Shown: in pieces, positions 57,992 to 64,000 of the stretch
How the letters are laid out: every line of letters begins with the position of its first letter
How positions within the stretch are numbered: the stretch's first letter is position 1
From: a virus
IMG/VR virus record: IMGVR_UViG_3300025674_000031
Length of the DNA stretch: 64,000 bases
Strand: one strand, 5' to 3'
Notes under the pieces: generated by a model
The model's database searches: none
What the model was told of the DNA's origin: nothing
Seen by the model: only the letters and a program-made list of their open reading frames with translations
Made by a program: the position numbers and the translations under genes

Positions 57992-58774
57992 ATGGAATTT
58001 TTTGATAAAAAAGAAGAAGTGCTCGACATAGTGCTTACTAGAAAGGGCAAAGAAAAGCTCGCTGCTGGAAAGCTAAGCCCCGCTTATTATAAGTTTCATG
58101 ACGATGCCATATCTTACGATATAGGCTTTGACGGGGGTTTATCAGAATTACAAAATGAAACGCACCAGAGAATTAAAGACTCTGTGTGTCTCAAATCGCA
58201 TGTGCTAGACAATGTTGTTTTAGGTAAGTACAGCACTGTGCCCCTCGGAGTTATTTTAGGTAAGGACAGCACTGTGCCCCTCGGAGAACATTATCTCCCA
58301 GAAATAGGAACATATGACTCCAAAACTCAATCGAGGCCAAGATTCGAACTTGAAATGCTTCAGGGGGAAATGACAGGTTCAGTGCAATATGTCCCACTGG
58401 AAAGCAATTTAAAGTCAGGAAGTTACAATGAGATACCACAGCTTGATATGGTCTGTGTGTATGAGATTAACAATTCTGAACTAGGCAAGCTTTATTTATA
58501 CAAATCCTCAATGGACTTCTTAATCCGCTTAAAAGAAGAAAATTCTATAGACACTAATGATAATTTTACGATTGAAGCATTTGAGTACGACTACAGCACG
58601 AATCCCAATATGCCGAAACTAAAGCAATTGAGTTTTGATTTATCCGAGGCAATAGACGAGAATAATTTCTACTACTACTTTGATGCAGTTTTAGATTCTG
58701 ATGGCCAAGATGAACTTGTTGATTACGAGCAATTGGTAGGCCCGGAATTCATTGAAAGCGATAGCGAGTGTTAA
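57992..58774 (+). CDS. Hypothetical structural protein; N-terminus paralogous to the 63105 ORF
   Basis: LDIVLTRKGKEKLAAG..FHDDAISY vs LDAVLTEVGRRKLAQG..LGDDEIDY. Confidence 0.65.
   Translation: MEFFDKKEEVLDIVLTRKGKEKLAAGKLSPAYYKFHDDAISYDIGFDGGLSELQNETHQRIKDSVCLKSHVLDNVVLGKYSTVPLGVILGKDSTVPLGEHYLPEIGTYDSKTQSRPRFELEMLQGEMTGSVQYVPLESNLKSGSYNEIPQLDMVCVYEINNSELGKLYLYKSSMDFLIRLKEENSIDTNDNFTIEAFEYDYSTNPNMPKLKQLSFDLSEAIDENNFYYYFDAVLDSDGQDELVDYEQLVGPEFIESDSEC
58214..58286 (+). repeat. 36-bp tandem duplication (2 mismatches)
   Basis: Encodes VVLGKYSTVPLG then VILGKDSTVPLG. Confidence 0.9.
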
Positions 58775-58775
58775 A

Positions 58776-60464
58776 ATGAGAGATATATTTGTTCGGAACA
58801 CAAACGTCGTGCCAGACAACTTTTCCAATACTAGATCGGGCCGAGTAGATTATCGGAAGATCACTCTCTACGATAACAAGATTGTCATTAAAAACCTAAA
58901 CACCGACAAACCTAAAGTTCGCCTTGGCGTGTGTACTGGTAAAAAATCTTGCGCTTCGTTTCGGCAATTTATTAAAACTTTCAATTTTAGAGATACATTC
59001 TTTTATGGTGAGATAAAAAGTAGAGACCCGTTTCTTACTGTCGATGATAGTTTGCAGTTGCACTTATCAAGGAAAGATTTAGAATACGCCGAGTTTCCGA
59101 TTGTCAATCTAAAGGATGATGCCTATCTTATCGTAATAACAGAAGGCGATTTTGAAGTTGACGTGTATGGCGTAGAATTATTGAGATCCGGCAAGGTGGT
59201 TAGCAACAGGATAATAGACTTAAGAACACCACTTACTTCTCCTGACTCTAAAAACACCACGGAAGAATTCAGTCTTAAAGGAATTAATGCCCATGTTGAT
59301 TCTTTTATTTGTTCTTCTGCGAAAGGCTATATCGAGGGAGCCGTTGTTTTAAATGCAGAAGCTTTAATAGCGGAGCTGGTAAAGTATAAAAGTTTGATAA
59401 ATCCGAATCGATTAGAAGAGATGCTACGAGAAGTACACTTGAGTCGTTCTGTCGTGCTGACGGACTTGTCTCACCCACTAGAATCGGACTCTTTAGAGGT
59501 CAAACTAGAACCTTTAAAGCTGAACTATGATAAAGCCTATAAATTTTATGGCTTCAAAGATAGCCAAGTGTACAGGGGCCAGAGTTATCAGTATCGTCTT
59601 AGAATTTCGATTGAAGATTTGACGCCGCTGATACTGTCGAATGCCCTGACCAAGGTCAGTTCTTTTGCAAATATGATCACGGATATCGAGTCATCATCCA
59701 CTCTGGCGCTACAACTAGACACCGCCATAGACGCCTTGTCTGATCTACTCTCCGTAGCAGACCAACAAGGTCTATCGTCAGAAGATATAGGTCTGCTTTA
59801 TAGATTGGCAAACCAAGAGACAGACATAGATGCAGAGATTCTTGAAAGAATTGCATCTTCTTTGAGGTCGCTAATCCACAACCTCAACAACGGCCTACTG
59901 AATCAGGTTAATCTGTACGGCTCTAATTCCTCGGCCTACAACCTTTCTAGATTTATGGAGCAAGAAATCGTACTTGATAATATTAGAAAGAATGCTTCAA
60001 AAGAGCAGACAACGGCGCCTTTTATCGAATCAAGAACCTTATCAAGACTCCCATTGTCAGATTTGCCAAATGTTGCATTTTTGAGCGAAAACAGACTGAC
60101 GACTACAGTTTCTAAAATTCCGCCAAGGACTTCCATAGAGGGGAGTCTTCAAGTTAGAACCCGCTCCGTAGGAACATTAGTAGAGAAATTAGCTGAACGG
60201 GTCAATATAGGCCTTTGCGCTGTCGAGGAAGCAGTTACTCAAACTTCCCTAAACAACCGTAAGACAGAGGTTTTTAAGACAGAAAAACTAGTACCAGCAA
60301 AAATCTCTTATTTGGCGGGTTTCCACAGCTCTTCAAAAACAAACTTTTGGAAGCCATTAACTAATGAAGTATTAGATGATATAATTAAAAACGACCTTTC
60401 CTACTTATTTAGAGTGGATGGCTCAGATCTAATAGAGAACAAGTTTTTCTTGTCAAGTGAATAA
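58776..60464 (+). CDS. Hypothetical protein
   Basis: Start ATG 58776 preferred over TTG 58752. Confidence 0.6.
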   Translation: MRDIFVRNTNVVPDNFSNTRSGRVDYRKITLYDNKIVIKNLNTDKPKVRLGVCTGKKSCASFRQFIKTFNFRDTFFYGEIKSRDPFLTVDDSLQLHLSRKDLEYAEFPIVNLKDDAYLIVITEGDFEVDVYGVELLRSGKVVSNRIIDLRTPLTSPDSKNTTEEFSLKGINAHVDSFICSSAKGYIEGAVVLNAEALIAELVKYKSLINPNRLEEMLREVHLSRSVVLTDLSHPLESDSLEVKLEPLKLNYDKAYKFYGFKDSQVYRGQSYQYRLRISIEDLTPLILSNALTKVSSFANMITDIESSSTLALQLDTAIDALSDLLSVADQQGLSSEDIGLLYRLANQETDIDAEILERIASSLRSLIHNLNNGLLNQVNLYGSNSSAYNLSRFMEQEIVLDNIRKNASKEQTTAPFIESRTLSRLPLSDLPNVAFLSENRLTTTVSKIPPRTSIEGSLQVRTRSVGTLVEKLAERVNIGLCAVEEAVTQTSLNNRKTEVFKTEKLVPAKISYLAGFHSSSKTNFWKPLTNEVLDDIIKNDLSYLFRVDGSDLIENKFFLSSE

Positions 60465-63063
60465 TATGCCTAATTACTCTTTAGAAGAATTGACAAAAAA
60501 AGGTACGCAAGCTAGCCTTGATGACCCATCAGCGGTCCCTTCCTCCTCGCCGTCCGGGCAGATGAGTGATGAAATTAACGTTGATGGCGCAGTGGCGGAC
60601 ACTAGTCCCTCCTCAGCGCCGCAAACTCCGCAAACTCAGTTTACTACTTCAACCATAAACAAGGCCCTGTACGATTACAGGATCATTTCGGACGCCCGTT
60701 TTGTTGTTGAGATGTTTCAGAGCAATGAAGCCTATTTCAATGGAGCCTATGTCCTTTTTGATAACCTGTTTAAAAAGAAGTCAAATATTTTAGAATATCT
60801 TAAGGCAGCGTTTATTATTTCCCTGAGCAAGAACCATTTTATTTTAGAGCCTAGTATCTTCGATACAAATGCTGATGCCCATAAGTATTTCGACAACAAA
60901 GAGTCGGACTGGAAAATGGCTAGCTGGATAACCAGTCTTGGCTTGACTAAGAAAGACCTTTCCAGTGATAAGCAGATTGGCTTGAAAAAGCTACTCGCTT
61001 ATTCAATAATAAAGCACTCAGCAAAGATCGCCTTTAACGTTGACACACTAGATTCCGACCCAACGAGATTTAGTAACTCGCAATATAAAATATCCCTTGC
61101 GCACGACAGATTCATGCAGGCGAAGAAATTATATCCTAGCTTGCCAACACCTGAAGAAAAAGTATTGGAAGATCTGGTAATCACGAAGGACTATGGAGTA
61201 GAGCAGGCAATAGGGTTTATCGGCAACATCTTCGGCAGCCAGCGAGTATTTGTTGGCAAGGAATATACCGACTATCCTTTAATCTACGGAGAACTTGGGA
61301 GCTTTGGAGTTTTTACATCCTCTCCCTCATTCGAGTGTGAAGACAAAAAGAGTGAGGTCAGCGAAAGAAGTATTGCCAGCTTGTACAATCTTTCCAACGG
61401 TTGCACTTATGATTTTGAAGCCGATAACATATATTTAACAGGCCAAGAAGTTCCAAGTTTGCCAGCAAGACAAGTGTTTTCGACAGTATCTTTTTCTTAT
61501 GATATGTCAAGAAATGCCCTTTTTTACAAGCCTAATCATATCAGCTACGAAATTACAGGGCCGCTTGTTAATCAATCTAATTTAGTGGCGAAAGACAAAG
61601 TAAAAGACTACTATTTGGCTGAATTGTCAGCGGCTGAAAAGTTGGCGCTGCCCTTCTCCACCGCCAGCATGGACTTTACGCCGTACCAAGAAATATATGC
61701 TAATAGTTTTTACAAACTAGGCGAACTAAAATACTCTTTAGTGCAAAGATACTACCAGACGGGTATAACTCTTAAAAAGTCGGGTGGAGAGAGTGACAGT
61801 CATGTAGAGAGCGTAAAATTTAGTTTTACAGATCAATTAGCTTTCATAAAAGAGTCTTATTTGGACAATAGAGTAAAAATTTCTAATTCGTATAGCTATG
61901 CTCCGTATTTAAATTTAGTATCAAGGAATTTGAAATATAGAATTCACTATAAAAACTTGAGCCCCTTGTATGAGGTCAGTTCCCCGGCACCAAGCCGCCC
62001 GTTAAGTTTCGCCGGCTCCGACCCAATTGATATTGGGCCCATAGATGTGCTTTTCAACTCTTTCGAAACTAATGTCGTTGGCGTCAACATATACGATGAC
62101 TATTCTGCACTAACAGGCGAGGAGAAAAAGAATTATCTTACAAAAAGAATGTATGGGTTTATAGATTTTTCTAAGCCATCAGATATTGCCAATGGCAACT
62201 TAGACGATAAAGATAAAGCTGGTTTAGATTTTACAATTTATATTGATCTTCTCAAAGAGATCCCCAATGAAGTGATCGACTATGACTTTAACTTTTCTAA
62301 AGTGCCCGAAGATATAACTCCTTATTATGCTTACGAGGTGCCATTATTGGATAGTTCTGAGGTCATCAAGGTGGAAATTCTGCCGCCATTGGCGCCTTTG
62401 CTATCTTTCTATGGACTATCTAAAATTAATAACAAGGTTAGAGTTCTGGTTCAGAAAGGATTAGGAGAATTGACAGATTCAACCGGTAAAGTATTGGCTG
62501 ACGGCATTGATAAGATAGGTAGGTTTGAACTAGAGGTATCAGAGGAGCCTAGATTTAGTAATGCCTTCATCTTAGAAATAGAGGCCCCAGCATCGAGCAC
62601 CGATTTAACAATAGAGCCCAACAAAAAGTATTATGTCCGGGCCCGCTCTTATGGCAAGTTCTCTAAAGAGTTTTCGGATTTTACTTCTATCTACCAAATA
62701 GAATTGGTAGACGATAATGGAGTAGTTATCCCATCTATATCTTTATATGTTCCAAGTGAGAAAAAAATGAAAGAGCACTTGGAGTTTAGAAAGCACTTTA
62801 GGCTAAAGCCTGCATTTTTGCAGAGAGCGCCTAACCTGATCAATAATCAGCTAGACTTAGGGCACCTTGACAAATCGGTGTTTGGGACAGAGGAAGATAA
62901 TATCAACTCTACCAATCTTCCTACAGGACACTCAGTAAAGCCAAAATTTAAAATCAGGATTACATCCAAGAAGACTGGCAAGAAGATTGATATGAATGTT
63001 CTTTTCATAAAAAAGAAATCGGATTCAAAAAAGGAAGGGTCGGTTCTAATTTTCGACTCATAA
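60457..63063 (+). CDS. Hypothetical structural protein, possible Fn3-like C-terminal domain
   Basis: IEPNKKYYVRARSY; long ORF. Confidence 0.6.
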   Translation: MNNMPNYSLEELTKKGTQASLDDPSAVPSSSPSGQMSDEINVDGAVADTSPSSAPQTPQTQFTTSTINKALYDYRIISDARFVVEMFQSNEAYFNGAYVLFDNLFKKKSNILEYLKAAFIISLSKNHFILEPSIFDTNADAHKYFDNKESDWKMASWITSLGLTKKDLSSDKQIGLKKLLAYSIIKHSAKIAFNVDTLDSDPTRFSNSQYKISLAHDRFMQAKKLYPSLPTPEEKVLEDLVITKDYGVEQAIGFIGNIFGSQRVFVGKEYTDYPLIYGELGSFGVFTSSPSFECEDKKSEVSERSIASLYNLSNGCTYDFEADNIYLTGQEVPSLPARQVFSTVSFSYDMSRNALFYKPNHISYEITGPLVNQSNLVAKDKVKDYYLAELSAAEKLALPFSTASMDFTPYQEIYANSFYKLGELKYSLVQRYYQTGITLKKSGGESDSHVESVKFSFTDQLAFIKESYLDNRVKISNSYSYAPYLNLVSRNLKYRIHYKNLSPLYEVSSPAPSRPLSFAGSDPIDIGPIDVLFNSFETNVVGVNIYDDYSALTGEEKKNYLTKRMYGFIDFSKPSDIANGNLDDKDKAGLDFTIYIDLLKEIPNEVIDYDFNFSKVPEDITPYYAYEVPLLDSSEVIKVEILPPLAPLLSFYGLSKINNKVRVLVQKGLGELTDSTGKVLADGIDKIGRFELEVSEEPRFSNAFILEIEAPASSTDLTIEPNKKYYVRARSYGKFSKEFSDFTSIYQIELVDDNGVVIPSISLYVPSEKKMKEHLEFRKHFRLKPAFLQRAPNLINNQLDLGHLDKSVFGTEEDNINSTNLPTGHSVKPKFKIRITSKKTGKKIDMNVLFIKKKSDSKKEGSVLIFDS

Positions 63064-63104
63064 GAGAAAGTAGCACTATTTACTATACGGATTGAGGAAA
63101 AGAT

Positions 63105-64000
63105 ATGGCATTTTTAGATAACACTGGGGATATAATTTTAGACGCTGTGCTAACCGAGGTCGGCAGACGAAAGCTGGCTCAGGGCAATGGTTCATTTAAA
63201 ATTTCAAGGTTTTATTTAGGGGACGACGAAATAGATTACAGCCTGTACAATGCAAACGACCCGTCAGGATCAGCATATGCAGGTAAAGATATTTTGCTAA
63301 CACCCGTACTTCAGGCCAGCACCGACGCCAAGGTTGGGGTGAAACACGCTCTTTTTTCAGTTGCGAACTACAACCCCTTGTATCTGCCCGGCCTAGAACT
63401 TTTAACAAGTGGCAGGCTCGGCCAGCCTTTAAATACTGACTCTGGGTATACAAACACATATGTACTGTTGGCTACTCAAACAGCCGTCGATGCTTTTTCT
63501 ACATTCCCAACTGACGGAGTGCTGAATGGTGTTAGCATTGCAGAATCAGCAAGGTCAGAGTTTACAATCAGACTTGATCAAGGCATAGCTCAGCCCAATG
63601 CCGACAATCTTACATGGCAGGATAAACTTCCAGACGAACTCAATAACACGTCTTTTGCAATAACTGTAGATCACCGTTTATTAAGAATCTTAGAGCCGGA
63701 TGGCTCAGAGGCGCCTTTTAGCCAAGCTAATACAAATGGGGAAAATTTAGCCACCTATATTGTTACAAAGCAGACCACGCCAAGGCACTTCCCCGGCGTT
63801 CCCAATGCCGCAAAATCAGATTCTGATTTGGCAGGAGCCCGAGGCGACCGGCTAGCCCTTAACTTAAAGGTAGCACCTCAAGTTCAAGCTTCGCAAGGTG
63901 CGAGAAGTAATATTGGGTTTACGACTCTTTCCAGCGCTTTTAGTGTTTTGGGTGCTTCGACAAATCCAACATCGGACGTAGGACAAATTAAAGTAACGGA
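63105..64000 (+). CDS. 3'-truncated structural protein missed by the ORF track
   Basis: Translated by hand: MAFLDNTGDIILDAVLTEVGRRKLAQGNGSFKISRFYLGDDEIDY..., open to the window end; GAGGA RBS and ACTATTTACT motif at 63075. Confidence 0.85.
   Translation, partial: MAFLDNTGDIILDAVLTEVGRRKLAQGNGSFKISRFYLGDDEIDYSLYNANDPSGSAYAGKDILLTPVLQASTDAKVGVKHALFSVANYNPLYLPGLELLTSGRLGQPLNTDSGYTNTYVLLATQTAVDAFSTFPTDGVLNGVSIAESARSEFTIRLDQGIAQPNADNLTWQDKLPDELNNTSFAITVDHRLLRILEPDGSEAPFSQANTNGENLATYIVTKQTTPRHFPGVPNAAKSDSDLAGARGDRLALNLKVAPQVQASQGARSNIGFTTLSSAFSVLGASTNPTSDVGQIKVT

Noticed and set aside
240-63459. Many short antisense or nested ORFs in the track (e.g. 1145-, 14873-, 17867-, 31337-, 42739-, 63196-)
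   Set aside because: They are shadows of longer motif-bearing genes, with no RBS or recognisable domains.
1-64000. Stop-codon reassignment
   Set aside because: TAA, TAG and TGA all end genes at sensible positions, and long conserved genes are uninterrupted under code 11.

Overview
This window is part of a large, probably jumbo, contractile-tailed T4-like phage genome (myovirus morphology inferred from the baseplate genes). It is read in genetic code 11, is densely coding and lies mostly on the + strand. I found no rRNA, tRNA, CRISPR array, integrase or reverse transcriptase. It has four blocks. (1) 1-22.5 kb is an accessory block. Its proteins repeatedly begin with basic leaders ending in [LIV]-x-E and have domains separated by the same motif, which matches the T4 gp21 prohead-protease site. 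The domains include peptidoglycan-acting folds, a protein kinase-like domain, Nudix, zincin and several nucleotidyltransferases. The block also holds two paralogous HREDGPA-repeat genes, pseudogene fragments and two sigma70-driven secreted cell-wall genes that share an identical 34-bp leader. (2) 22.5-27.6 kb carries PurA, ClpP-like, PIN-PhoH, zincin and PD-(D/E)XK genes. (3) 27.6-39.7 kb is a glycan and nucleotide-sugar cluster with a strongly AT-rich core, ending in fcl and gmd. (4) 39.7-64 kb carries a gp55-like late sigma factor, gp25-like and gp6-like baseplate genes and large structural ORFans. A cTA(T/A)TTAt motif recurs just upstream of the leader-bearing and structural genes. Family calls come from recognising motifs by eye, and no database searches were run.
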